64,000 nucleotides of DNA from Eubacteriales bacterium (GTDB lineage: Bacteria; Bacillota; Clostridia; Oscillospirales; CAG-272), in assembly GCA_045128515.1 (NCBI GenBank), contig JBGVRO010000052.1, forward strand, positions 8,493 to 72,492. Reading direction: 5' to 3'. A model generated the notes under the pieces. That model was not told the DNA's origin and did no database searches. It saw nothing but the letters and a program-made list of their open reading frames with translations. Below are positions 1 to 10,300 of this stretch, piece by piece (the first letter of the stretch is position 1; every line of letters starts with the position of its first letter). The translations under genes and the position numbers were made by a program.

Positions 1-2031
1 TCCGTTACCGTACTTCCACTCTGCATAGATAGGAACATACTTACCCATAAGAACAACGGTAGCATCCTTCTTTGCAACGGTACCGTAGTAACCGCTGAGC
101 TGAGGAATAAAGCCGTCTTCAATACCTGCCACAGCAGGAGTCCTGTTCTTAATAGTAACGTCAAAAGGCTCACCGTATTTGATTTCTGCAACAGCCTCAA
201 GAGCAAGGTCCTGGCGCATGATCTCGGGGATCTTCTGCATCTGAGAATAGGGCACGTTATAGTATGAGCCACCACCTGCCTCAGCAGTATCCTTCATCTT
301 TTCAGAAAGGCTATTATCGGTGTTATCGATAGTAACGACGGACATTGTAATACCGTCGGCAAGGTTATCCTCAATATAAGGGAGATAGGTATCATATGTA
401 TCACCGGGGTTACCGTCTGTTACAAGTATGATATGCTTTCTCTCAACGTTAGTAATAACGGAAAGCGCTCTACCGGCTCTCATAATAGCATCCGAGAATA
501 TCGTACCGCCGTGCGCACCGTCATCATTCTCACCAATATCCCTGATCGTATCGCGTATAGTATCCTTTTGAGATACGGGAAGGATAGCAAGCTCCTCGCT
601 GGCTCTTGTCTGGAAGGACATTACACCGCAGAAGTCACGGTCGTTAAGGGCGTCAAGACATCCCTCAGCACCCTCCTTAGCGGCATCAAGCTTACCCATA
701 CTCATAGAAGCTGACGCGTCAACAACGATCATAACCGCGATAGGCGGAGTATAGTCGATCGCATTGACAGGAAGCATCTGCTTGAAATAAGTAGAGGATG
801 CAATGTCGTTACGGTTGTATGAATGAGGAACATCTACGCCGTTTACATCATCAAGCTCACCACCCACGGTGAACAATCCGCCGCCAAGGTCATAGACGTA
901 CCTGTTAAGAAGCTCCTCAAAACCTGCAGGCATATCGCTGTATGCCATATTTACAAGAACGATCTGCTCGTACTGTGCCATCTCCTCGATGGTTCTGGGT
1001 ATCTTATCAAGGTCGTCGGAAATGCTGATGTCGGTAACGACAAAGTTCTCGTTAAGAATGTCAGCAAGTGCCTTGCCCTCCCCTTCCTTATGCTCAATAA
1101 GAAGGATGTTATCGAATGCCTCAAGGTTCATATATACACGGTAGGAATTATTCTTCTCATTCGTGTCACCGTCGCAGGCGATCTCGAAGCGAAGCTCGTG
1201 CATGCCTCTCTCCGCGAGAGAAAGCGCAAGCTCAAAGGTCTGCTCCTCACCGTCAAGAACAACGTTGGTATATCCGATAAGCTCACCGTTATCGTATGCG
1301 GAGAGGGTAGCCCCCTTCTCTCCCTTAAAATTGCTTCTTACGGTAAGCTCGGTAATAAAGTTGTCACCGAGAATAATTCTGGTATCGGGGGGATTAACAG
1401 AATAAATCTGAACCTCATCATGCTCCTCGTTGGGATAATACACGGTATCTACCTTTACTCCGTCAGCGGCAATAGCCTTGATAACGGATGTAGCAGTGTT
1501 ATCTGTTTCAATACCGTCAGAAACGACTACAATTTTAGAGGTTTCAGGATTTTTGAATAGCGATCTAGCATATTTAAGTGCCGAGGCAAGGTCGGTAGCG
1601 GTGGGATCAGGAACCTCTGAGGTTAAGTAATCCTCAAGCACCTTGTTAACGTCAAAGGACATTTCACCGCTGAGAACCTGACCGTGACCGAACTTAACGA
1701 CACCGACGCGATATTTACCGTCGGAAATAGATATAATAGACTGAACGAAGTCGCTCTTTAAATCAGCAGATTCTTCGTTACTGTCCGTAGTGTCCACGAG
1801 AACGATAAGCTCGTTCTCAAGGTTAGGCTTTTCATAACTGAATGTAATTCCTGCAAGAAGAGTTATCGCCAGAGTTATTGCAAGTCCGTGGAAGACCATT
1901 GAAAGTATTCTGTTTCTGGTCTTTCTGTACTTCTTGTCCGCCCTGAAATAGGGGAACAACGTCATAGCGATCGCCGGTATTAGAAGCAGCAAAAGCCAGG
2001 GATGCGTGAAATTAAATCTGAAATTTTGCAT
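1..2031 (-). CDS. BatA-N/VWA domain-containing membrane protein (BatB-like); 3' end cut by the window edge
   Basis: Absent from the ORF track because it runs off position 1. Reverse-strand ATG at 2031..2029 follows TAAGGAG. My translation starts MQNFRFNFTHPWLLLLLIPAIAMTLFPYF (BatA-type N-terminal double TM) and stays open to position 1 (…GKYVPIYAEWKYGNG). MIDAS-type VVDASASM lies at about 700..720, and VWA strands VVVSDGIETD and ILVTDGNPGD are present. Confidence 0.8.
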   Translation of the reverse strand, partial: MQNFRFNFTHPWLLLLLIPAIAMTLFPYFRADKKYRKTRNRILSMVFHGLAITLAITLLAGITFSYEKPNLENELIVLVDTTDSNEESADLKSDFVQSIISISDGKYRVGVVKFGHGQVLSGEMSFDVNKVLEDYLTSEVPDPTATDLASALKYARSLFKNPETSKIVVVSDGIETDNTATSVIKAIAADGVKVDTVYYPNEEHDEVQIYSVNPPDTRIILGDNFITELTVRSNFKGEKGATLSAYDNGELIGYTNVVLDGEEQTFELALSLAERGMHELRFEIACDGDTNEKNNSYRVYMNLEAFDNILLIEHKEGEGKALADILNENFVVTDISISDDLDKIPRTIEEMAQYEQIVLVNMAYSDMPAGFEELLNRYVYDLGGGLFTVGGELDDVNGVDVPHSYNRNDIASSTYFKQMLPVNAIDYTPPIAVMIVVDASASMSMGKLDAAKEGAEGCLDALNDRDFCGVMSFQTRASEELAILPVSQKDTIRDTIRDIGENDDGAHGGTIFSDAIMRAGRALSVITNVERKHIILVTDGNPGDTYDTYLPYIEDNLADGITMSVVTIDNTDNSLSEKMKDTAEAGGGSYYNVPYSQMQKIPEIMRQDLALEAVAEIKYGEPFDVTIKNRTPAVAGIEDGFIPQLSGYYGTVAKKDATVVLMGKYVPIYAEWKYGNG

Positions 2032-2046
2032 TTACCAGCGTTCTCC

Positions 2047-3948
2047 TTAGAAATTCTTTTTAATCTGCAATATCCACTCAATAGACATAAATGACACGAG
2101 TGCAATTGCAAAATAGAACATTAAGTCCTCAAACTCAACTCTCACCTCAGAATCTACGTCTGCCACCGGGATAGCCTCAACCTGACGTGTGATCTGGCTC
2201 TCAGCGGTAGGGATTCTTACGTAAAAGTTCTCAATAATAAGCTCGTCGCCCGACATGGGAGTCTGTGTAACGGTGTATGTTCCGGGACGGGTAACGGTAA
2301 TAGAATCGGTCTTCTTGTCCACCATAGTGTATTCAAATCCATTGCCCTCTACCTTAAGATCTGTTCCGCGTGCAGCGAGATCAACCGTATCACCGATCTC
2401 AAAGGTATTTGAGTCGATGGTGGAGGGAATGAAATAGTTAAACATATTATACACAAGGAATGAGAAGTCAGGATTTAAAGGAAGACTCGACTTGTTAAGG
2501 TCAAATGCCCAGACAACGATCTTGGCATTATCCTCATTCTTAGCAAGTATAACGGGCTGCGACTTATAATACGCAAGCTCCTCATAACCGTCACTGGAGA
2601 GAATCTCGGTATACTGTGCAACAGTTATTCTTGAGAAATCAACGTATTTAGTAAGCTCGTGTGTAATACCGGTCGCGAGAGTAGAATCACTTGATACCGA
2701 TGTAGTATTACCAAAAGTAATTCCTGCGCCCTCGGGTGAGCCGTAAGGATCAACGAGAAGCACGATACCGTCAGTAGGCATTACGGACGGAACGGTATGC
2801 TCAAAGATGTAAAGATCAAATCCCTCGGTCGCAGCCTTTTCGCCGGACTTAAGCTCCTTGAACTCAATAGTCCACTGATCCTTCATTACCTCACGAATGG
2901 TACGAACCACACCACCGAAGTAGTTGTTAGGAATAGAGCTGGAGTACTGAATTTTAATAGAAGGCTTGGTTCCTCCGTAAAGGAAGAATGAGTTGTCATC
3001 AACGAATGAATCATCAACAGATACGTAAACCTCAAGATAATCAAAGGAATAAAGAGGCTGACCGTCAAGATCGTCGGTGTTGAAAACAACAACCTTCTCT
3101 TCATCAGCGGGATCAAAGTACTCGTCCCTTTGAAGAAGAATCTTGCTCTCCTTACCGTTAGCACCGTGAATCTCACAGTAAACGGTAAGCTTATCCGTTC
3201 TGTTATAGCAACCGACGTCGATAGTGATCTCGTAATGGTTGTTATCGTTCATTTTCGCATCGGCGCTAAGAATAGCTGCATTCCACTCAACATCATCCTT
3301 GGAAACGTCAATAACGTTTATTCCGTTCTTCTCAAGATACTCTGTAGCTGTATAGAAGAAGACCTGAGCCTCATGATTGTAACGAAGAACCTCCTCGGTA
3401 AGAGAAATGGCGGAATTCATATCAGCAGAGCTGTAGCTGCAGGAATCAGGATTTTCAAGCAATCCGTCAACCGCAGCAAGAATATCATCAAGCTTATCTT
3501 CACCACTACGTTGAACGATATACTCGGGGGTTGTATCAGCAAGGATAATTGATACCACGCCACCGTTTGTGGCAGTATCCTCGGCAAGAGTTCTCGCCTG
3601 GTTTACTGCACGAGCAAATCTGGTATCAGAGCCATCAGTAACACGCATGGATGCGGATGCATCAATGATAATAATCTTCTCATTTTCGTCACCCGCCTTC
3701 TCCTGCTCTATTACGGGACGAGCGAGGAGTAAGCCACAGATAGTGAGAATAAGAACCTGACAAATAAAAATCAAAATATTGTTAAGACGGCTAACGGGTA
3801 ATCTCTTTTTTCTATATTTCAAGCTGAGCTGCCATACAAAGGTACTCGAAACCATCTTTTTTTGATAATTAGGCTTAATGATATAAATAATGATAAGTGC
3901 TACTATACCAATAAGGCCCAAAAATCCTAAGGGTGCTAACCAAGTCAT
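2047..3948 (-). CDS. BatA-type N-terminal double-TM / VWA domain-containing protein
   Basis: 633-aa ORF. N-terminus MTWLAPLGFLGLIGIVALIIIYIIKP, MIDAS motif in IIIIDASASMRVTDGS, and a C-terminal TM helix (FYFAIALVSFMSIEWIL). Its start overlaps the end of the upstream DUF58 gene by 4 nt (3945..3948). Confidence 0.8.
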   Translation of the reverse strand: MTWLAPLGFLGLIGIVALIIIYIIKPNYQKKMVSSTFVWQLSLKYRKKRLPVSRLNNILIFICQVLILTICGLLLARPVIEQEKAGDENEKIIIIDASASMRVTDGSDTRFARAVNQARTLAEDTATNGGVVSIILADTTPEYIVQRSGEDKLDDILAAVDGLLENPDSCSYSSADMNSAISLTEEVLRYNHEAQVFFYTATEYLEKNGINVIDVSKDDVEWNAAILSADAKMNDNNHYEITIDVGCYNRTDKLTVYCEIHGANGKESKILLQRDEYFDPADEEKVVVFNTDDLDGQPLYSFDYLEVYVSVDDSFVDDNSFFLYGGTKPSIKIQYSSSIPNNYFGGVVRTIREVMKDQWTIEFKELKSGEKAATEGFDLYIFEHTVPSVMPTDGIVLLVDPYGSPEGAGITFGNTTSVSSDSTLATGITHELTKYVDFSRITVAQYTEILSSDGYEELAYYKSQPVILAKNEDNAKIVVWAFDLNKSSLPLNPDFSFLVYNMFNYFIPSTIDSNTFEIGDTVDLAARGTDLKVEGNGFEYTMVDKKTDSITVTRPGTYTVTQTPMSGDELIIENFYVRIPTAESQITRQVEAIPVADVDSEVRVEFEDLMFYFAIALVSFMSIEWILQIKKNF

Positions 3949-4844
3949 GCCATAATACCTACCTTCAACAATTCTTTAAAAAGAACCTTCTCAATAGGCT
4001 GATCTGTGCTTACTGAAATAAATGCTGCTCCACGCGAGTTAGCAAAGGTAGTGAGTGAGTCCTTGATTTCCTTCATGGCACACTCATATGCATTCTGCGA
4101 TGCACGGTCAATTTTAATTCTCATATTTCTTATATCCTGAATATCGACCGACTCGGAGTCGATGAGATTTACTCTACCGGTATAAAGAGGATCTATCTCC
4201 TCGGGTGTAAGCACCTGAATGAGAACGACCTGTCTTTTTTTATAGCAGAGATAATCCACAGCACTCTTCCAGTCGCTATCGGTAAAGAAGTCTGAGATTA
4301 TTACGGTCAAGCCGTCGTTGTTGCCCGGATTGGGCGCGTTGATGATAGATGAACGCAAGTCGCTTTCCCCATCAAACTCCAGCGTTTCAAGAGTACTTAT
4401 AGCGTTGAAGAACGCTCTCTTGCCAACGATGGTGCCAAAGGGATCTTCTGCCTTCTCCCCCTTAATGAGCTTGAAGGACACCTTGTCCATATTATGTACA
4501 GAGAGATAACCGAGAGCTGCAGCAGTTGCTATCGCATAATTTCCCTTCTCGGAATTTATCTTTCCCATAGATCCTGAGCAATCAATAAAGATCTGGGTAT
4601 GCATCTGTCTTTCATCGGTGAAAAGCTTAAGGAAGAACTTTTCAAATCTGCTGAAAAGATTCCAGTCGATACGGCGGATATCGTCACCAAGCATATATTC
4701 TCGGTAATCTGCAAACTCAACCGTCTGACCGTAGGTCTTTACCAAATGCTTACCTCCGAAGAATCCTGCCAGATCTGCACGAAGCTCCAAGGACAAGGTC
4801 TCTAAACGACTGAAGAATTCATCGTTTAAATATGAACCCTTCAT
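3945..4844 (-). CDS. DUF58 domain-containing protein (MoxR-operon partner)
   Basis: 299-aa ORF with the DUF58 hallmark FADYREYMLGDDIRRIDWN and a VWA-like IFIDCSGSM. TAATG stop/start overlap with the MoxR gene. Confidence 0.85.
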   Translation of the reverse strand: MKGSYLNDEFFSRLETLSLELRADLAGFFGGKHLVKTYGQTVEFADYREYMLGDDIRRIDWNLFSRFEKFFLKLFTDERQMHTQIFIDCSGSMGKINSEKGNYAIATAAALGYLSVHNMDKVSFKLIKGEKAEDPFGTIVGKRAFFNAISTLETLEFDGESDLRSSIINAPNPGNNDGLTVIISDFFTDSDWKSAVDYLCYKKRQVVLIQVLTPEEIDPLYTGRVNLIDSESVDIQDIRNMRIKIDRASQNAYECAMKEIKDSLTTFANSRGAAFISVSTDQPIEKVLFKELLKVGIMA

Positions 4845-5926
4845 TATTTTCTCCCGAACTTACGCTTTTTTGTTTCTGCAGTGTCAGCAGCAGTCTCGGA
4901 TGCTCCGATAGAGGGAGCCTCGTTCTTAAGCTTCTTATTACCAGTGATCTCATCGATGATCATCTTAACGATCTCGTCAGCAGAAACTCTCTCAGCAATA
5001 GCCTCGAATGTAAGCTTCATTCTGTGACGGAGAACGGGATATGCAAGCTCGTTTATATCATCGTAGGAAACGTTGAATCTGCCGTTCATAAGAGCCTTAA
5101 CCTTTGCAGCGGAGATAAGAGCCTGACCTGCACGGGGAGATGCGCCAAGACGAACGTACTTCTTAGCTGCCTCGGAAGCGCACTCGCTGTCGGGATGAGT
5201 AGCAGAGCAAAGAGTCATTGCGTATCTCATAACGTCCTCAGCAACGGGGATCTGGTTTGCGGTAGCTCTCATTTCAAGGAGATCTGCGCCGTTACAAGCA
5301 GCGTCAGCAACCTCTGCCATTGTCTTCTGAGTCATATTAACGATGTCCATAAGCTCATCAAGAGAAGGATTCTTAACGATGATCTTGAACATGAAACGGT
5401 CCATCTGTGCCTCAGGAAGAGGATATGTACCGTCCTGCTCTACAGGGTTCTGAGTTGCAAGAACGAAGAAGGGCTCTTCAAGCTTTCTGGATACACCCAT
5501 TACGGTAACGGTATGCTCCTGCATCGCCTCGAGAAGCGCAGACTGAGTCTTGGGAGTAGCACGGTTGATCTCGTCCGCAAGAATAATGTTGGAGAAGATA
5601 GGACCGGGCTGGAAGTTGAAGGTAGAGTTACCGTTCTCATCCTTAACGATGATGTTTGTACCTGTAACGTCGGCAGGCATAAGGTCGGGGGTAAACTGAA
5701 TTCTCGAGAAAGGAAGATCGAATACTCGACCGAGAGAACGTACAAGACGGGTCTTACCAACGCCGGGTACACCCTCAAGAAGTACGTTACCGCCTGCGAT
5801 CATTGCGATAACCGCGCCCTCGATAACCTCCTTCTGTCCAATTACGTCACGTCCGATCTGCTCGAAGATGTTTTTGCACTGTGTGCTGAATTTCTGAATG
5901 TTCTGTTCTGTAACCATTTTTTTCAC
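4844..5926 (-). CDS. MoxR-family AAA+ ATPase
   Basis: 360-aa ORF. Walker A GVPGVGKT, Walker B IILADEINRA, and a MoxR-type IQFTPDLMPADVTG segment. SD AAGGTG lies upstream of the ATG. Confidence 0.92.
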   Translation of the reverse strand: MKKMVTEQNIQKFSTQCKNIFEQIGRDVIGQKEVIEGAVIAMIAGGNVLLEGVPGVGKTRLVRSLGRVFDLPFSRIQFTPDLMPADVTGTNIIVKDENGNSTFNFQPGPIFSNIILADEINRATPKTQSALLEAMQEHTVTVMGVSRKLEEPFFVLATQNPVEQDGTYPLPEAQMDRFMFKIIVKNPSLDELMDIVNMTQKTMAEVADAACNGADLLEMRATANQIPVAEDVMRYAMTLCSATHPDSECASEAAKKYVRLGASPRAGQALISAAKVKALMNGRFNVSYDDINELAYPVLRHRMKLTFEAIAERVSADEIVKMIIDEITGNKKLKNEAPSIGASETAADTAETKKRKFGRK

Positions 5927-5946
5927 CTTATTTTATATTTATTATT

Positions 5947-7080
5947 TTAAATACTATCGTAATATGCCTCGAAGAACTCGCGAAGCTCGGGAGGAATCTC
6001 ACCGTTCTGTTCGAAAATTTCAAGTGCATTCTGGTAATAAAGCTCGAGCCACTCTCTGTAGTAGGTCTGACCGTCGAGGAAGGTGTTGGAGTCATCCCAT
6101 TTACCGCCTGCGCCCTGACCTTTACCGTCGCCCTTGCCTTCTCCCTGTTCATCGCTTGAGCCCTGACCGCCGTCGCTCTCGCCCTTGGATCCTGATCCGT
6201 CGCCTTCGCTTCCCTCAGCACCGCTTTGATCGCTATCTGCGCTGGCTCCGCCGTTAGACGGAAGATCCTCAGCCTTATCGCCCTCGGCCTTTTCTGCACC
6301 CTCGCCGCCTTCGCCGCCTTCACCTGTTCCATCCCCACTATCCTCGAGGATTTCTTCGAATATTGCGACAAAATAAAGCTCGGTGACAACGTTTGTCTCA
6401 TATCTCTCAAGATCGGAGTAACCGTCGTCCCATCCAACAAATACCCAGCCGTCCTCAGCTACCGCAATTACGGGAGTGGTAGATCCACCGGGTTCTACAA
6501 GCTGGTCGGTTTCACCCTCAATGTATCCGCCATCATCAACCGTATAAGTTACGGGAATGTAGTTGGCATATGGATCATCCTCAACGATATCGTCGAACGT
6601 GGGGATATCACCGCTGTCTGCAAGTCCCTTGACGGTAGTCATAGACGAGCCGAAAACTGCGGCAATAATTACAAGACAAACTGCGATCTTTGGGATTCTG
6701 ATTTTTATCTTTCTTCCCTCAATGTGAGCTATGCTTTCTCTTGTGTTCTCACGCTGTACGGTTGCGATGTAGGAGTTGTCCTGCTCAAGCTCAAGCATAG
6801 TAACCATACGCTCCTCGAGTCCAAGACGGTCCATACGACGCGCCGTATCCTCCACAGATGGCTTGAACTTAAGGAAATACAACAGCACTCCGCTTATAAG
6901 CCAAGCAGCCGCTCCAATTCCTATCGCAAGCCAAATACTTCCAAAGCTAAATATCCAACCGGAAAGTGCAGTCAGAAAGTTAGCCGTAAAGCCTATTGCA
7001 AGACCCCAAAGCAGTGATTTGTACACTCCCTCAAGAACCAAACGCAAATAGTGCCTTTTCATCATTTGCTTTAAATTCAT
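5947..7080 (-). CDS. Membrane protein with a Listeria-Bacteroides-type repeat and a long acidic G/E/D/S-rich tract
   Basis: The ORF track begins at a TTG (7152). The ATG at 7080 has an AAAGGAA SD about 9 nt upstream (MNLKQMMKRHY…). Three hydrophobic helices, one Flg_new-like repeat (YTVDDGGYIEGETDQL…WVFVGWDDGY), an acidic tract of about 83 aa encoded at 6097..6345, and the C-terminal helix …IPPELREFFEAYYDSI. Function unknown. Confidence 0.6.
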   Translation of the reverse strand: MNLKQMMKRHYLRLVLEGVYKSLLWGLAIGFTANFLTALSGWIFSFGSIWLAIGIGAAAWLISGVLLYFLKFKPSVEDTARRMDRLGLEERMVTMLELEQDNSYIATVQRENTRESIAHIEGRKIKIRIPKIAVCLVIIAAVFGSSMTTVKGLADSGDIPTFDDIVEDDPYANYIPVTYTVDDGGYIEGETDQLVEPGGSTTPVIAVAEDGWVFVGWDDGYSDLERYETNVVTELYFVAIFEEILEDSGDGTGEGGEGGEGAEKAEGDKAEDLPSNGGASADSDQSGAEGSEGDGSGSKGESDGGQGSSDEQGEGKGDGKGQGAGGKWDDSNTFLDGQTYYREWLELYYQNALEIFEQNGEIPPELREFFEAYYDSI

Positions 7081-7209
7081 AATATATGTTCCTTTCTTTT
7101 TGTTCAATTTTAGTAGAACGATGTTTCCATTCATTACAATTATTTCGTGCAAAATCGAAAAGAAATGTTTGTTTATTTACATTTCTTCTCTGTTTTATAC
7201 GAAATATTA

Positions 7210-7243
7210 CGCCGCCGGATTGCCGGTAGACGCTCCGGCGGCG
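7210..7243 (-). terminator. GC-rich hairpin, putative terminator of the giant LRR gene
   Basis: Perfect 10-bp stem CGCCGCCGGA / TCCGGCGGCG with a 14-nt loop, in an otherwise AT-rich spacer. On the minus strand it is followed by TAATATTTCGTAT, a weak U tract. Confidence 0.45.
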
Positions 7244-7346
7244 TGCGCGTTATTAGCTAACTGCGCAAATAATATTTCTTAGTTTATTTGAAATTACTGA
7301 ACGGTAACATTCAAATAAAGAGTAATACACAGATTAGATCTGTTTT

Positions 7347-10300
7347 TTAACCTACGGTTACAGTAGTGGTGATTTCACCGGTAAAGCTTCCGTTGTAAGC
7401 ATAGGTTACGATGTAATATGTCTTACCTGCATAGAATTCGTAGGTAAGAGTCTCATCGTTTCCGCTATCCTTGCTCTTAATGTAATTGTAGCTAGCTCCG
7501 TTTGCATCAGATGCATTGTCGTAGATACGAATTACGGTATCATCACCGGAAGCGGTGGTAATAGTAAGAGTAACGTCCTCAGTAGCAGTAACCTTGAGGT
7601 ATGTGTATACATTCGAAGAGCTGGTGTTGTCTGCGATAGTGAATGTTACACCGTTAACAGCCTCGATTGCATATTCGGGAGCAGTTCCGGCATAAAGTGC
7701 CTCAAATTCGTCCGCGGAAAGCCACTTAGCATAGAATGTGGTCTTGCTACTGCTGTAGTAGGTACCGGTAATAGCTTCGCCATCGAACTCTGCGTTGTCA
7801 TACCAGCCGAGGAAGTAATAACCCTCAAGAGTAGGACCTGCAGGAATAGTGATAGGCATACCGCTGGTGATGCTCTCTACTGCACTGCCTCCGTTGGTCT
7901 CAAAGGTGTAAGTGATTTCCTCGCCTGTGAAGCCCCAGAGAACAGTACCGTAACCACTGCCGCTTCTGTACCAGCTGCTATCCCAATCAGGAAGTGCCTC
8001 AGCTACAGTAACAACGAAGGTGATGGGGTAAGAAGTATAGAACGCACGGTAACCGATAGTAGTAAGATTCTCACCAATTGCAACAGTACCGGTAAGATTG
8101 GAGCCGTTAAATGCCTGCTCGCCAACACTGGTAACGGTCGAAGGAATGTTGATAGTAGTCAAGGAAGAATAACGGAACGCCTGGTAACCGATCTTCTCAA
8201 GACCTTCGTTTGCAACAACTTCCTTGATGTCATAGTTATCGTAGAATGCATAAGCACCGATTTCCTTAACAGTAGAGGAAAGAATAAGCTTGGTTACTTC
8301 ACTGTTATTGAACGCCTGAGTATAAATGAATGTTACACCCTCGGGAACGGTAACGGTAGTTTCGTTTCCGTTGTAAGAGAGGAGGTAAACCTCATCATCA
8401 ACGTCCATAAGAGTAAAGCCGTTCTCACTGCTGATCTTGCTTTCGCCCTCGCTATAAATGTGAAGAGCGTTGTCAGTCAAGCCCTCACACTTGTAATCTC
8501 CGGACTTAAGATCCATGGAAGAAAGGTTCTTGATCTCAAAGATGTTACAGTTATAGAAGCAATCGTAACCGAACATTTCCTCTGTCATATCGGATGCAAG
8601 CTCAACGATATTAAGAGAAGTACAGTAATAGAAGGCTTCCTCATCAATGTAAGAGATCTTCTCGGTGAATACTACCTTGCTGAGGTTAGAACAATCAGCA
8701 AATGCCATACGGCCAACAGAGATGTACTCTGTTCTGCCACCCTCAAATGTAAGAGAGGTAATGGTCTGATTATCCTCGAAGAGCTTATCGTTGATAGATG
8801 TAACGGTGTTAGGAACAACGAAGTCGCCGATATTCTTAGCAGCGGGAACCATTACGATGCCTGTGCCGTCTGCAGTGTAAAGGATACCATCAACAGCCTT
8901 GAAGAAGGTATTTCTGGGATCAACCTTAAAGCTCTCGAGTGCGGTATCGCTGAAGCAATCGCTGCCAAGAGAGGAAACTGCTGCAGGAAGTGTTATATCA
9001 GCAAGACTGCTACAACCAAAGAAGAAGCTATCGGGAAGCGCTGTTGCCTTAGTTCTGAGTTCAACCTCGGAAAGAGATTCACATCCCCAGAACGCACCCT
9101 TTCCAAGGTTTACGGTATTCTCAGGAATGGTGATGCTCTCAAGAGATCTACAATAACGGAATGCATAATCTCCAATATTGCTTACAGTACCGGGAATCTC
9201 GATAGTCTGAAGATTGCTACAATCCTCAAATGCATATGCGCCAATCTCGGTGCAAAGGCTACCATTCTCGAAGTAAACCGCCTCAAGAGTAGATACCTCG
9301 TAGAATACAGAGGGATTTCTGTAGCTGGAGGATTCAACACCCTCAATGTACTTAGCGCCTGCAGGAACAGTAAATGTCTTAAGCGCAGTGTATGCGAAGG
9401 TACCTGCGGGAATGTACTCAAGCTGAGAGTTAGGAGCAAATGTTACAGACTCAAGGCTGGAGCACTTGTACTCATCGTACTCATAGTAGTAGAATACACT
9501 TGCGCCGAGTGTCTTAAGAGATGCGGGGAAGCTTACAGAAATAAGCTTGGAGCATCCTGCAAAGGCGTTGTCGCCAATGCTTATAAGGCCCTCGCCAAAT
9601 GTGATCTCAAGAAGGTCTGCACACTCATAGAATGCAAGTCTACCGATCTCAACAACACCTGCGGGAATATCAAGCTGGATAAGATCAGTTGAATAGAATG
9701 CATAATCGCCAATCTCAACAAGCGCACTGTTCTCACCAAATGTAAGATTAGCAACGCCACTATCGTTAAATGCGTTGTTGCCGATGCTATATACTCTGTT
9801 AGTAAGAGCAAGAGTTTCAAGCGAATAGGTGTAAGCAAACGCATAATTGCCAATAATGAGAAGATCATCTCCGCCCTCTGCGAAGTTAATGGTCTCAAGA
9901 TCCTCACAGTATCTGAATGCGTTGTTGCCGATCTTCTGAACAGTAGAAGGAATGTTTACTGTGGTAAGACCGTAGCAGAAATCAAAGGCGTTATCCTGAA
10001 TTTCTACAAGGCCCTCGGGAAGAATTACGGTAACAATATACTCATTGTTAGCGAACGCACTAGCATGGATAGACTTAACGTTAGAATCAACAACCACCTC
10101 AGCATCGGTCTTTGCAAGAGGATAAGTAATAAGAGAAGACTTATCAGCATTGTAAAGGATTCCGTTTGCAGAGGAGTAGTACTCACCGTTACCGTCAGAG
10201 CTTACGTTGATAGCAGCAAGCTTAGTACAGTTAGAAACAACAGATGAGGTGAAGTTGGTAAGGCTCTTCGAAAGAGTAAGACTCTCAAGAGAGGTACAAC

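Noticed and set aside
433-1560. Plus-strand ORFs (93 aa, 245 aa, 80 aa) at the left edge.
   Set aside because: They are antisense to the edge-truncated VWA gene, whose minus-strand translation shows the BatA N-terminus and MIDAS motifs.
5898-6440. R/P/S-rich ORFs (119 aa plus strand, 170 aa minus strand) overlapping the acidic tract of the 5947..7080 gene.
   Set aside because: They are alternative-frame read-outs of a GC-richer G/E/D-coding low-complexity region. They have no SD, and the in-frame gene has TM helices and a coherent architecture.
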